NCBI GenBank assembly: GCA_016936135.1 | Contig: JAFGPP010000127.1 | Coordinates: 1 to 49,502, forward strand | Source: Thermoplasmatota archaeon | GTDB lineage: Archaea > Thermoplasmatota > E2 > DHVEG-1 | Reading direction: 5' to 3' | Length of the DNA: 49,502 nt | In this document: positions 9,624 to 19,698 of the stretch, piece after piece | Position numbering within the stretch: position 1 is the first letter of the stretch | How the letters are laid out: each line of letters starts with the position of its first letter | Notes under the pieces: model-generated | The model's database searches: none | What the model was told of the DNA's origin: nothing | The model's input: only the letters and a program-made list of their open reading frames with translations | Translations under genes and position numbers: made by a program

Positions 9624-10448
9624 ATGAATAAAAAAATAGTTATGTTTAGCATTTCGTCGACAATATTACTTATTTTGATCAGTTTTGCACCGATTGTTAT
9701 ATCAAAAAATCATGATTTTGAAAAAACCATCAAGGTTCAAATCAAGAAATTCAGTGATGCAGATGTTGATGATAATTCAATTGATCTTGATTATGAAAGT
9801 GCAGTAGAGCTAAAAAATATTCTGGAAGAATTAAATAAGGCAATTGAAGAGAGAAATTATCAAAAGATACCAGAATATGAAGAAATCCTAAGAGAAAAAG
9901 GAATTATTGAACGTAACTATAAAATACCTTTAGCATCCGATAAAGAAAGTACAAAAACTTTAGATTATAAAAATTTGCCTGCAAGTATCAAAAAAATTCA
10001 AAAAATCTTGGAAGATGACGAAGAAGGCGAATACAACGCCTTGTGTTATATACATGCAACCGGACAAGGAACAATGATTTTTACAATTGGTCTAATTCTT
10101 GGCATTTTATTTATTCTACTACTTTCAAAATTTGGATTTGGTGTAATTTCGGTTCTGGTCCCTTTTTATATTATGGTTATGGTTGCTACTCATGTAATTC
10201 CCTTTAGGATTATGCTTCCAGTTGGTTCTGTAACATTGAAACAAGGAAGTATTTCATCAATTGGATTGGGCGGATACGGAAAATTGACAACGGATAGCAA
10301 TTCCATACAAACAACCCTTGTTGGTTTTACTGGTCTTACGATCCATATTCCATTTGGTGATAGTGAAGAATCCGATCTCGGAGGTTTTTTATTTGTTTCT
10401 GGATTTTCAGCTATAGCTCATTCGAAATATGTAGAGAATTCTGAATAA
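9624..10448 (+). CDS. Hypothetical membrane protein (signal/anchor + acidic domain + C-terminal TM bundle)
   Basis: N-terminal hydrophobic segment, D/E-rich middle, several hydrophobic helices at 150-200 aa. No recognisable family. Confidence 0.45.
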   Translation: MNKKIVMFSISSTILLILISFAPIVISKNHDFEKTIKVQIKKFSDADVDDNSIDLDYESAVELKNILEELNKAIEERNYQKIPEYEEILREKGIIERNYKIPLASDKESTKTLDYKNLPASIKKIQKILEDDEEGEYNALCYIHATGQGTMIFTIGLILGILFILLLSKFGFGVISVLVPFYIMVMVATHVIPFRIMLPVGSVTLKQGSISSIGLGGYGKLTTDSNSIQTTLVGFTGLTIHIPFGDSEESDLGGFLFVSGFSAIAHSKYVENSE

Positions 10449-11174
10449 AATTGCATTTGTAAATTTTCATAAACACATACGTAAAATTAGACATTTAACG
10501 ATATAAAAAACGACAATTATTAAATACTGACACACTTTTTATTATATGGAGATAGAGGCATTTAGATAAAAATTAGTTTTAAAATTATCCTCCCTTAAAA
10601 AATCATATGTTTCCTCCTTTCTCCTCTACCTCCAAATTATTTTTGATTTCACTTTTGAATTTCCCTTTTTCAATTTCTGCAAATCTGAGTACAAAGAATG
10701 TAATAATGGTTGAAAATATTGCAATCAAATGTACTGCACAATCTAATAATTAGATCTATTAAAGCAACCACCCACAGATTTGCAATAATCGTAGATAAAG
10801 TAAATTGGATTGCACTAATAATAAGATCTATGAAAATAGTGATATGTCATTAAACAATATTCTACATTGTCTTTATTCTAACAATTTTAGAAGTTTAGAA
10901 GAAAATTTATCTTGAATTGAAATAAATTTTTGCTTTAGAAAAGAAACATTTTAATTATTAAATAAACGTTTTTGCGGGTATATTTTTTGCATTTCATTAT
11001 TATTATATTGACAAAAGTAGGCACGTCAAAAGCCTTGTAATTGTTAATTTTATTGGAGACCAATAAAACAGGATTACACTTTCGGAACTACTTCGATTCG
11101 GCATAATTTTAAGTATGGGGAGTGTGTTACCCAAAAAATTGTATCTATAATTAAGGAGAAATTAAAGGGATACT

Positions 11175-12074
11175 ATGGCAAAAGCACGTTCAAGGACAGC
11201 CGTACGAAAAGTAAAGGATAAATGGAAAGCAAAAACTTGGTATAACATTTTAGCTCCTCAAAGTTTTGACAATGTCCCCATTGCAGACACTTTATCGTCA
11301 GATTTAAATAACGTAATTGATAGAGTAACAGAAGTATCTCTTCAGGATTTAACTAATGATTTTAGAAAATCTCATATTAAACTTTTTTTTAAAGTATACA
11401 AAGTTGAGAACAACAATGCCTACACTCAGTTTATTGGGCACTCTTTAACATCGGATTATCTTAGAAGAATGATTAGGAGAAAAAGATCTAAAATTGAAGG
11501 TGTTTATGATGTTACCACCAGAGACAGTGCAACGATCAGAGTCAAGCCTTTTGCAACAACGGATAAAAGAATTCAGAATTCACAGAAAAGAATAGTTAGA
11601 GAGACAATGAAAAAAACTATAAGTGATAACGCAAAAAACAGCACCATGTCTGAATTCATAAAGGAAGTAATCGATGGCAAGGTGGGAAGTGACATTTATA
11701 AAAATTGCAAGAAACTCTACCCCGTTAAAAGAGTTGAGATTTTTAAAACACAAGTACTTGGATCTCCGTCAATTGAAATCGAAGAAAAAGAAACAACAAA
11801 AATAATTGAGCATAAAAAAGAAGAATCACCTGAAGATGAGAAAAAAACCAAATCTGAAAAAAAGGTTAAAAAATCCGAGGAAAAAGAGGAAATAGTAGAA
11901 AAACCAGAGGAACAAGCAGTTGAGGAAGAGATAGAACCAGAAGTTAGGAAAGATTTTGAAGAATCTGAAGAACCTAAACCAGAAGAAGAAAAGATAGAAA
12001 TCAATGCAGATGAGACAGAAAAACCTGCCAAGGTTTCTAAAACAAAGAAAAAGAAATCAAAAGCTAAAAAGTAA
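11175..12074 (+). CDS. rps3ae: 30S ribosomal protein S3Ae (eS1) with a ~100-aa Lys/Glu-rich C-terminal extension
   Basis: MAKARSRTAVRKVKDKWKAKTWYNILAP, VTEVSLQDLTNDF and LTSDYLRRMIRRKRSKIE are characteristic of S3Ae. Residues ~198-299 are a KE-rich low-complexity tail. Confidence 0.85.
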   Translation: MAKARSRTAVRKVKDKWKAKTWYNILAPQSFDNVPIADTLSSDLNNVIDRVTEVSLQDLTNDFRKSHIKLFFKVYKVENNNAYTQFIGHSLTSDYLRRMIRRKRSKIEGVYDVTTRDSATIRVKPFATTDKRIQNSQKRIVRETMKKTISDNAKNSTMSEFIKEVIDGKVGSDIYKNCKKLYPVKRVEIFKTQVLGSPSIEIEEKETTKIIEHKKEESPEDEKKTKSEKKVKKSEEKEEIVEKPEEQAVEEEIEPEVRKDFEESEEPKPEEEKIEINADETEKPAKVSKTKKKKSKAKK

Positions 12075-12137
12075 TTGGTGTTATCCCTTCAATAAATACT
12101 CTTTTATATATTTGATTTCATATTATAATCTGATATT

Positions 12138-13787
12138 GTGAATCTATCAAAAATTATTGCAGTCGCATTTATTTCAATATTGTTATTGCACTTTTTTGTA
12201 AGTTTAAAAGTTGAAGCATGCAAAGACATTATTGCCTGTGGAAATGCTACAGATGGAGATTACAATCTTCTTTTAAAGGTAAGGGACCCAAGTAGACCAG
12301 GACCTCAGCTACTTTGCATTATTCCAAAAGGTTACGAATACACATACCGTCATCCCTGGAATGGCAATTCTTTGAGTTTTGTAAATTTGCATAAATATAT
12401 TGGTGTGGCGACAAAAAACGACACAATCCCTAAAATAGTCAAGGCAGGTATGACTCTTACTGATGCCGGATTGGCATTTGGGGATGCCGATACAAATTCT
12501 AAATGGGTTAATCCAACAAGATATGCTTGGGATGATTTTGATTGGATCAGATATGCTTGTGAAAAAGCCAACAATTCAGATCAGGCAGTAGATTTGCTAA
12601 CCCATGATGTGGTGGATAAACTACATGCAACAGGTGTATCAGAAAATCTATTTCTCGTTGGGCCTGATAATGGATTTGTAATTGAAGCAGATGCTTACAG
12701 ATACCACATAACTGAAATTAAAGACGGAGTCGCAGTGATGTCAAATTATCCAAAACAATTATGGGCTAGTCAAATACTACAAAAAATTCCGATATCTCCA
12801 AATTTTTATACAGAAAAAATTACCAATATTAGGAAGGGAGATTTTGTCACAATTAATTCGATTTTCATGATTCATGTAAAAGAGGTTAAAAACCAATCTA
12901 TAGTTGTTGGTCACATTCCTTTTTTCAAATTTACAGGTTTTCCAAATATTAAAAAAATTAACAACGTGGAAATTGAAATTGGTGCTATTCAGACAGTAGG
13001 TGATTTTTGCGTTGAAGTATTAGATATTGATGGAAATAATGCAAAAATTAGAATTTGTAATGTTTTCAAGGCATGGGAGGATGAAATATCAAAGCACATA
13101 AGTCCTAGGATTGGCTCTATTACAATTACGGATATGATTGCTTGGTCTAGACTTCATAAGGATGATCTCAACGGTTTAAGACCTATGTGTCAAGATTCAG
13201 GCAGGTATGAGGCTGTAACGATTTTTAAGATTCCACGCAATCATTACAATTTATTGAGTATGGGTTGGTTTTCACCTAATCATGCTTGTACTTCAATTTA
13301 TGTACCCTTTCACATATGCATTTCGGATATTTATGATCCTTACGAGGGTGGAGAGGCAGCTGCAATTTCATTAGAACTGCTAGATTTTTACGGGCATTCT
13401 ACACTTGCTGGTTATTTTGAAAAAACTGAAGAGGTTTTCATTAGAGAGATGGAAGTATTTGAAAATACTTGTATTGATTTTCTTGAGAATAAAAGTAAAA
13501 TATCAACTTTTTTTACAACTGTTGATGTAGAAATGCAAAAGCAAGCACTTCTTACTGAGCAGATGTGGATTAATCTTAGTAAAATTTCAAACAGGAGTAT
13601 TATAGAATCAGTCTCAAATATTATTGGAGAAATGTGGGAAAGTAATTATTCCCTATCTTTAAATGCCATGAACAATTCTATTACTTTTCTTAAAAAATTG
13701 CCCGAAACAGAAGTTTTTATACAAGATATTGAATCAATAATGATTTCGATAGCAAAACTGCAAAATTTGAAATTTCAATTTAATTAA
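12138..13787 (+). CDS. Secreted Ntn-hydrolase-like cysteine peptidase/amidase (C45/C69-like), tentative
   Basis: GTG start and a signal peptide, then ACGNATDGDYNLLLKVRD. This resembles the N-terminal nucleophile Cys followed by a DG...RD pattern seen in C69/C45 families. The rest was not recognised. Confidence 0.4.
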   Translation: MNLSKIIAVAFISILLLHFFVSLKVEACKDIIACGNATDGDYNLLLKVRDPSRPGPQLLCIIPKGYEYTYRHPWNGNSLSFVNLHKYIGVATKNDTIPKIVKAGMTLTDAGLAFGDADTNSKWVNPTRYAWDDFDWIRYACEKANNSDQAVDLLTHDVVDKLHATGVSENLFLVGPDNGFVIEADAYRYHITEIKDGVAVMSNYPKQLWASQILQKIPISPNFYTEKITNIRKGDFVTINSIFMIHVKEVKNQSIVVGHIPFFKFTGFPNIKKINNVEIEIGAIQTVGDFCVEVLDIDGNNAKIRICNVFKAWEDEISKHISPRIGSITITDMIAWSRLHKDDLNGLRPMCQDSGRYEAVTIFKIPRNHYNLLSMGWFSPNHACTSIYVPFHICISDIYDPYEGGEAAAISLELLDFYGHSTLAGYFEKTEEVFIREMEVFENTCIDFLENKSKISTFFTTVDVEMQKQALLTEQMWINLSKISNRSIIESVSNIIGEMWESNYSLSLNAMNNSITFLKKLPETEVFIQDIESIMISIAKLQNLKFQFN

Positions 13788-13841
13788 AACAAAAGAAGAA
13801 TAGATATCAAAAGAAATAAAAAATTTATTTTGTTAGCCCAA

Positions 13842-15239
13842 ATGGGGATTTATTTGAATCAGGAAAGAAAAATTGCAATAGTGGGGTGTGGGGCAGGTGG
13901 GGGAACAGCTGCTCAATTCGCTAGAAAAACTGATCGTAAAGCAAGTGTCACGGTTTTTGAGAAAGGTGTTTATCCACAGTATTCAAAATGTGGACTACCA
14001 TATGCAATTTCCGGAAAAATTCCTAGATTTGAAGATTTAATAGAATTTTCTGAAGAATGGTTCAATAAAGCAAAAATTGATTTATTTTTAAGAACAAATG
14101 TAGAGGAAATTGATGCTGATGATAAAATTATAAAAGTAAACAATAACGGAAAATCTCTTGAACATCCCTTTACCTCCATTATATTGGCAACTGGGGCTGA
14201 ACCGTCAATACCGCCTATAAAAAATCTTTCACAGGGCGGTGAATTGGTAAAAGGTGTTGAAATAGTAAGAACAATTGATGATGCAAAAAAAATTAAATCT
14301 CTATTGAAACCCGAAAAAAAAGCGACTGTTATTGGGGCAGGATTAATCGGTCTTGAAATGGCAGACTGTCTTTATGAAAAAAAAATTAAAGTTACAGTTG
14401 TCGAATCACTGCCGGATATTCTGTCAAATACTTTGGATCCTGATATGTCTGCACAGATTAAGGATCAAATATCAGAAAACGTAGACATTTATTTGAATCA
14501 TTTTGCTAATGAAATCAAGCATGAAAATGGAGCGATAAAATCGGTTAATATTCAAGATAGAGAAAGCGGAGCAATTAAGCAAATCCCAACCGACTTGCTG
14601 ATAATAGCCACGGGAACAAAACCAAAAACATCACTTGCAAAAAAGACTGGATGCATGCTTGGAAAACATGGGCACATAATCGTAAACGAACGATCTGAGA
14701 CCTCTATAAAAAATTTGTATGCCGTGGGGGATTGTACAGAATACACGGATTTCTTAACAAAAAAACCTGTCCCGATTGGATTGGGAAGTGTTGTTGTAAG
14801 ACAAGCCATTGCAGCAGGCATTAACGCTGCAGGAGGCAGTTACTCACTGCCTAGTGGAGTATTACAAACCCGCACTACTAGTATTTTTGGATTTGAAATT
14901 GCAGCAGTTGGCCCGACACTTAGTTGTTTTGATAATGAAAACATCGTTACTGGAAAGTTTAACGGATCATCTCTTCCAGAATATTTTCCCGGAGGAAAAC
15001 CAATCACAATAAAGGTTTTTGTAAATGCAGAGTCTGGTGAAATAATCTCAGCCCAAGCAGTGGGTGACAAGGCAGCCCAAAGGATTAACACTTTGGCTTG
15101 TGCAGTATTAGGAAAACTTCAAATAGACTTATTTAAAAAACTCGAAACTGCCTACGCTCCGCCGGTTGCTCCTATCCTGGATGCTGTTACCTTAGCTTGT
15201 GATGTTGTGTCTATGAAATTGAATCGAAAAAAACGATAA
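13842..15239 (+). CDS. CoA-disulfide reductase / NADH oxidase family flavoprotein
   Basis: IAIVGCGAGGG (FAD GxGxxG), single redox Cys in YSKCGLPY, second dinucleotide fold VIGAGLIGLEMA, YAVGDC. I use ATG 13842; the track TTG at 13830 is possible. Confidence 0.75.
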   Translation: MGIYLNQERKIAIVGCGAGGGTAAQFARKTDRKASVTVFEKGVYPQYSKCGLPYAISGKIPRFEDLIEFSEEWFNKAKIDLFLRTNVEEIDADDKIIKVNNNGKSLEHPFTSIILATGAEPSIPPIKNLSQGGELVKGVEIVRTIDDAKKIKSLLKPEKKATVIGAGLIGLEMADCLYEKKIKVTVVESLPDILSNTLDPDMSAQIKDQISENVDIYLNHFANEIKHENGAIKSVNIQDRESGAIKQIPTDLLIIATGTKPKTSLAKKTGCMLGKHGHIIVNERSETSIKNLYAVGDCTEYTDFLTKKPVPIGLGSVVVRQAIAAGINAAGGSYSLPSGVLQTRTTSIFGFEIAAVGPTLSCFDNENIVTGKFNGSSLPEYFPGGKPITIKVFVNAESGEIISAQAVGDKAAQRINTLACAVLGKLQIDLFKKLETAYAPPVAPILDAVTLACDVVSMKLNRKKR

Positions 15240-15240
15240 T

Positions 15241-16380
15241 ATGAAAATTTTTCATGTCGCAGATACTCATTTGGGTTATTCTGCTTACAGGCGAGTTAGT
15301 GCAGATGGAATAAATCAACGTGAGATAGATGTATATGACTCTTTTTCAAGGTTTGTAGATTATTGCTTAGAAAATAAACCTGACTTAATATTGCATGCAG
15401 GCGATCTTTTTGATTCGGTAAGACCAAACAACAGAGCAATAACATTTGCAATAGATCAAATTTTACGTATTTCGGAAAAAAAAATTCCTTTTGTGGTTAT
15501 TGCAGGAAATCACGAACATCCAAAACTAAGAGAAACAGGACATATTTTCAGTATTTTTGATCATCTTGACAATGTCTATCCGGTTTATAGTTCCAGCCAT
15601 GAATCAATACAATTAGATATCGGAAAAGAAAAAGTAACCATTCATCCTGTTCCACAGTCCTCAACAAAAGAAGATTTTGAAAATAATTTAAGACAAATAA
15701 GAAAAGACAATTCCTCGAATTACAATATTTTAATGGTTCATGGCAGTGTCATGGGAATTGAATCATTTTGTATGAATGAGTTTAATGAATTAGTAATTCC
15801 TAAAAAATATCTTGATTCTTATTTCGATTACGTTGCATTAGGTCATTTTCACAAATTTTCAAAAGTTACAAAGAAAGCATATTATTCAGGTTCAACTGAG
15901 TGTTTTAGTTTTAATGAGGCAGGCGAAAAAAAAGGTTTTATTAAAGTTGAATTAAATAAAGAAAAGATTGATCATGAATTTATTCAATTGAAAACTAGGA
16001 ATGTGGTAGATTATCCTTCTATAGAATGCTCGAATTTAACTTTAAACGAGGTAATGAGTAAAATCTACAGATCAATAGAAGATATCGATCCAGCAAATAA
16101 AGTATTTAGAATTGTACTTGACGGGGTCCCATCTCATATATTCAGAGGTCTAGACTTTAGTAGTATCAGAAAGAAGTGTTCAGATTCAATTCATTTTGAG
16201 ATTAGACCTCGAATTTCCACGGAAATGTATAAGAATAGAAATTCCGGATCAAAAATTGATGCATTATCTGAAGAATTTACTCGTTTTATAAATGAAAATG
16301 AAATTCAAGACAAAGACAAATTACTGGCCTTGGGCCTTGATTACATTAAAAAAGTTGAATCAAAAAAAGAGGAAAAATGA
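15241..16380 (+). CDS. mre11: DNA double-strand break repair nuclease Mre11
   Basis: Phosphoesterase motifs HVADTHLG, AGDLFD, IAGNHE, MVHG, LGHFH. Lies 1 nt after the upstream stop and shares an ATGA overlap with rad50. Confidence 0.85.
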   Translation: MKIFHVADTHLGYSAYRRVSADGINQREIDVYDSFSRFVDYCLENKPDLILHAGDLFDSVRPNNRAITFAIDQILRISEKKIPFVVIAGNHEHPKLRETGHIFSIFDHLDNVYPVYSSSHESIQLDIGKEKVTIHPVPQSSTKEDFENNLRQIRKDNSSNYNILMVHGSVMGIESFCMNEFNELVIPKKYLDSYFDYVALGHFHKFSKVTKKAYYSGSTECFSFNEAGEKKGFIKVELNKEKIDHEFIQLKTRNVVDYPSIECSNLTLNEVMSKIYRSIEDIDPANKVFRIVLDGVPSHIFRGLDFSSIRKKCSDSIHFEIRPRISTEMYKNRNSGSKIDALSEEFTRFINENEIQDKDKLLALGLDYIKKVESKKEEK

Positions 16381-18482
16381 TACTGAAAAATCTGCAGCTT
16401 ACAAATTATCGAAAATTCAAAAAAACACGTATAGATTTTCCAGATGGCGTTACTGGTATCGTAGGATTAAATGGAGTAGGAAAATCAACTATTTTTGAGG
16501 CAATTTCTTGGGCAATATATGGGCCTAACGCAGCGAGAACCTCAGCTGATCAAATTAGATTAAACGGCGCTGATCCGTCGGATCCCTGTAGGGTTGAGTT
16601 GGAATTTGTTTTTTCAGATGATTATTACAGAATAACTCGAGAAATGTCTGGAAAAAATCTATCTTCTGCTGCGACGGTTCTTGTCAATGGTCAATGTGCA
16701 GCATCTAGTGTAGAATCTGCCAATAAATATATTCAAAAAAAATTGGGCATGGATTATAAATCATTTTTTACCTCAATTTTTGCAAAACAAAAAGAATTGA
16801 ATGCTTTATCAACAATGAATCCCAGCGAAAGAAGACCACTCATATTAAAAATGTTAGGAATCGATATTTTAGATGAAATAATCAAGACAATTAAGGATGA
16901 TCGGAAAGAAAAATCTGCAATAGTAGAAAAATTGGGTCAGAACCTTTGGGATGAATCAGGAAAAAATAAGATTCAAATACATAAAGACGAACTCAAAGAT
17001 CTTGAAAGCAAAAATAGAATTTTTGATGATACGATAAATGAAATTAATTCTAAAATTAGATTGTTAGTCAGTAGTGTAAAAGAAGCTGAGAATAGACATC
17101 AGGAAATCAAAAATCTATTTGAAGAATTGCAAAAAGAAAAAGACAAACTTGAAGAAATTAGACAAAAATTTGAATCTAAAAAAGCACTTCAAAAAGAAAT
17201 CACAAAATTACAAAATTCAATTCAGACCAGAGAAAAAATACTAAGTGAGACAAGGAATAAATTGAAGAATTTTTCAACAATTGACTCAGATATTGATCAA
17301 ATTGAGAACCGGTTAAAAAAAATAAACGACAGCATCTTGGATTTTGTAAAAAATATTCAACAAAAAAATACAATGGTTGATACAATAAAAGATGAAATTA
17401 AAATTCTAAGGGAAAAAAATATTAAAATTACTAAAATGGGTCCAGAGGCTTCTTGTCCGACATGTGAAAGAGTCCTTGGTAATCAATATAGTAAACTTTT
17501 GGAAAAATTCGGTATTGAAAAAACTGAAAAAGAAAAACGAATAAATAATCACTTGATAGAAATTCAAAAAGATAAAGAAAATCAAGAAAAAATTGATCGT
17601 GAAAAAAAAGCAATAGAAAAGAAAAGAAAATATTTTAATGAGCAATTAAAGGAAAAAGAAAGATTACTGGTAAACATAGACAACATAACATCTGAAATTG
17701 ACAAGGAGAAAAGGGAGAAAAAAGAAAAGGAAAACTTAATTATAAAATTAGATAAAATCACTTTTGATGAGAATCAACATTCAAGCCTGAAATCTAAACT
17801 AGATGAAACCTATGCTAAATATAAGTCTTGTCAAAAGGTTGTAAATGAAAAGAAAGATAATTTAAGTTATGCAAAAATCCATTTGGAACGGGTTAAAAGC
17901 ACTAAACAAGTCCATAATCACAAAATTCAAACGCTTAAGAAAACTATCAAGGAACTAGAAGATTTTGAAAAAATAATGAAAGAGGAGAAAAAAATCGTCC
18001 AGCAGCTCAGCATGCTTAAGGATTTAATGAATTCATTTCGAACAGATTTAATTTCTAGGATCGGACCAACTTTATCTTCATATGCTTCGGAATTTTTCGA
18101 TCTTTTTACAGAGGGTAAATATAGTCAAATCGAACTAGACGAAAATTATGATATTAAGGTTTACGATAGAGGAGAACAGTTTCCAATCAGGAGATTTTCT
18201 GGTGGAGAAGAGGATTTATCAAATTTATGCCTTAGACTTGCTATTTCAGAAATTATTACAGAACGTGCAGGAGGGCTTTTTAATTTTATTATTCTTGATG
18301 AAATATTTGGTTCCCAAGATTCAATCAGGCGTCAAAATATAATGCGAGCACTGAATACTTTATCATCCAAATTTAGGCAAATATTTCTTATCACACACAT
18401 CGATGATGTTAAGAACTACATGGAAAACATTATCTACGTAAGCGAAAATGAAGATGGAACAAGCACCGTAAAAATAGAATAA
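16377..18482 (+). CDS. rad50: DNA double-strand break repair ATPase Rad50 (short, 701 aa)
   Basis: Walker A GLNGVGKST, long K/E coiled coil, zinc hook CPTC at 17454-17465, signature FSGGE, Walker B FIILDEIFG. Confidence 0.85.
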   Translation: MILKNLQLTNYRKFKKTRIDFPDGVTGIVGLNGVGKSTIFEAISWAIYGPNAARTSADQIRLNGADPSDPCRVELEFVFSDDYYRITREMSGKNLSSAATVLVNGQCAASSVESANKYIQKKLGMDYKSFFTSIFAKQKELNALSTMNPSERRPLILKMLGIDILDEIIKTIKDDRKEKSAIVEKLGQNLWDESGKNKIQIHKDELKDLESKNRIFDDTINEINSKIRLLVSSVKEAENRHQEIKNLFEELQKEKDKLEEIRQKFESKKALQKEITKLQNSIQTREKILSETRNKLKNFSTIDSDIDQIENRLKKINDSILDFVKNIQQKNTMVDTIKDEIKILREKNIKITKMGPEASCPTCERVLGNQYSKLLEKFGIEKTEKEKRINNHLIEIQKDKENQEKIDREKKAIEKKRKYFNEQLKEKERLLVNIDNITSEIDKEKREKKEKENLIIKLDKITFDENQHSSLKSKLDETYAKYKSCQKVVNEKKDNLSYAKIHLERVKSTKQVHNHKIQTLKKTIKELEDFEKIMKEEKKIVQQLSMLKDLMNSFRTDLISRIGPTLSSYASEFFDLFTEGKYSQIELDENYDIKVYDRGEQFPIRRFSGGEEDLSNLCLRLAISEIITERAGGLFNFIILDEIFGSQDSIRRQNIMRALNTLSSKFRQIFLITHIDDVKNYMENIIYVSENEDGTSTVKIE

Positions 18483-18493
18483 AAAAGAGCGGT

Positions 18494-19474
18494 TTATTTT
18501 TTGAATCTTAACCGTCTTTTTTTAGGTTTAGAATCAGTTTGATCCGTTTCTTCGTCTTCTTCTAAGCATGGCGTTGTATCCTCTTCTTGGACAGTAGGCG
18601 GGGCTGTAAATTGCTTAGGGGTTGTACTTTTGTGTGTGGTACCTTTAATGGGCGGAACTGAAGAAAAGAGTTTATCAAATATCTGTTTATTTGAATTAAA
18701 CCAGTTTTGCCAGGATTGGTTTTCCTCTCTTAATTGTTTGCATTCACTTTCTGTTTCCTCGTAAAGGTGATAAAGTTTAGTTAGTCTCTCTTTCTCCTTT
18801 TCGTATTGGGCAGAAACATCCTCGAATTTTGTCTTGTATTCTGCATATTTTTCAAATTCCTTTGCCTTTTCTAGAGTTTGTTGGAGAGAGCTGATTGTCT
18901 GTGTTTTTTGATTTAGCTGATCTTTTAAAGTTCTATTTTCCTCTTCGTAGTGTTCCGACATATTGTTTAATTCTTCAAAGCGCTTTTTGTATTGATCAAA
19001 TTCCTTGACCTTGCTTTCATTTTCTTCAAGTTTTGCAGTAAGTGTGTTTATTCTTGTACTTAGATCTTGTTCAAGCTGTCTTTTGGACTCCTCAGCGATT
19101 TTGACCTTGTTTTCAAAATCAGCAAGTTTAGATTCTGTATTGGATAGTTCTTCCTCCTGATTTTTATATGCGTCCCAGAGCTTTATAAGCCTTTCCTTTT
19201 CCTTTTCAAGCTCTTCACTGTATTTTCTTGCACCTTGAAAAGCCTCATCCATTTTTCTCTCGGCTTCACTGATTTGGGACTCGTATTTGTTGATTAACTG
19301 ATTTATGTTACCTAGATTACCTACATCAAGCATAGTTTGGATTCTTGATAAATCCTCAGTACTTTTTGAAAAACTGGTTTTGATATTATCAATCTCAATT
19401 GTAGCTTGACGCAATCTCTCCTCAAGAGAATCTAATTGCTCTGTATTTCTCACAACCATATTTTCCTCACTCAT
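18494..19474 (-). CDS. Coiled-coil protein, function unknown
   Basis: Heptad-rich E/K/Q/L sequence over ~270 aa, with a C-terminal T/P-rich and basic tail (KPKKRRLRFKK). ATG 19474 is preceded by GGAGG; the track GTG at 19492 would include that SD. Confidence 0.5.
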   Translation of the reverse strand: MSEENMVVRNTEQLDSLEERLRQATIEIDNIKTSFSKSTEDLSRIQTMLDVGNLGNINQLINKYESQISEAERKMDEAFQGARKYSEELEKEKERLIKLWDAYKNQEEELSNTESKLADFENKVKIAEESKRQLEQDLSTRINTLTAKLEENESKVKEFDQYKKRFEELNNMSEHYEEENRTLKDQLNQKTQTISSLQQTLEKAKEFEKYAEYKTKFEDVSAQYEKEKERLTKLYHLYEETESECKQLREENQSWQNWFNSNKQIFDKLFSSVPPIKGTTHKSTTPKQFTAPPTVQEEDTTPCLEEDEETDQTDSKPKKRRLRFKK

Positions 19475-19698
19475 GACAAGTATGCCTCCCACTTCTTTGA
19501 GACAAGTATTAATGAAATTGTTGATATTTAAGTATTGTCATAAAATTTAATTAACCGTTGCGATACTTATCTACTCTGAAGCGTTTTGAAGAATCTGATG
19601 GCCTTTTGTTTACTTAACAACTGTACCATTAAACTAATAAACTAATTAAATTATACACAACATGTTAGGGATTCCTAGTTTCTAGGAGGATGAATTGG

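Noticed and set aside
11717-12031. 104-aa minus-strand ORF rich in Ser.
   Set aside because: It is the reverse complement of the GAA/AAA-rich tail of rps3ae, so it is a compositional artefact.
19493-19689. Possible C/D-box sRNA in the divergent spacer (two CTGA boxes at about 19573 and 19593).
   Set aside because: No convincing RUGAUGA C box at the right distance and no terminal stem. CTGA tetramers are expected by chance.
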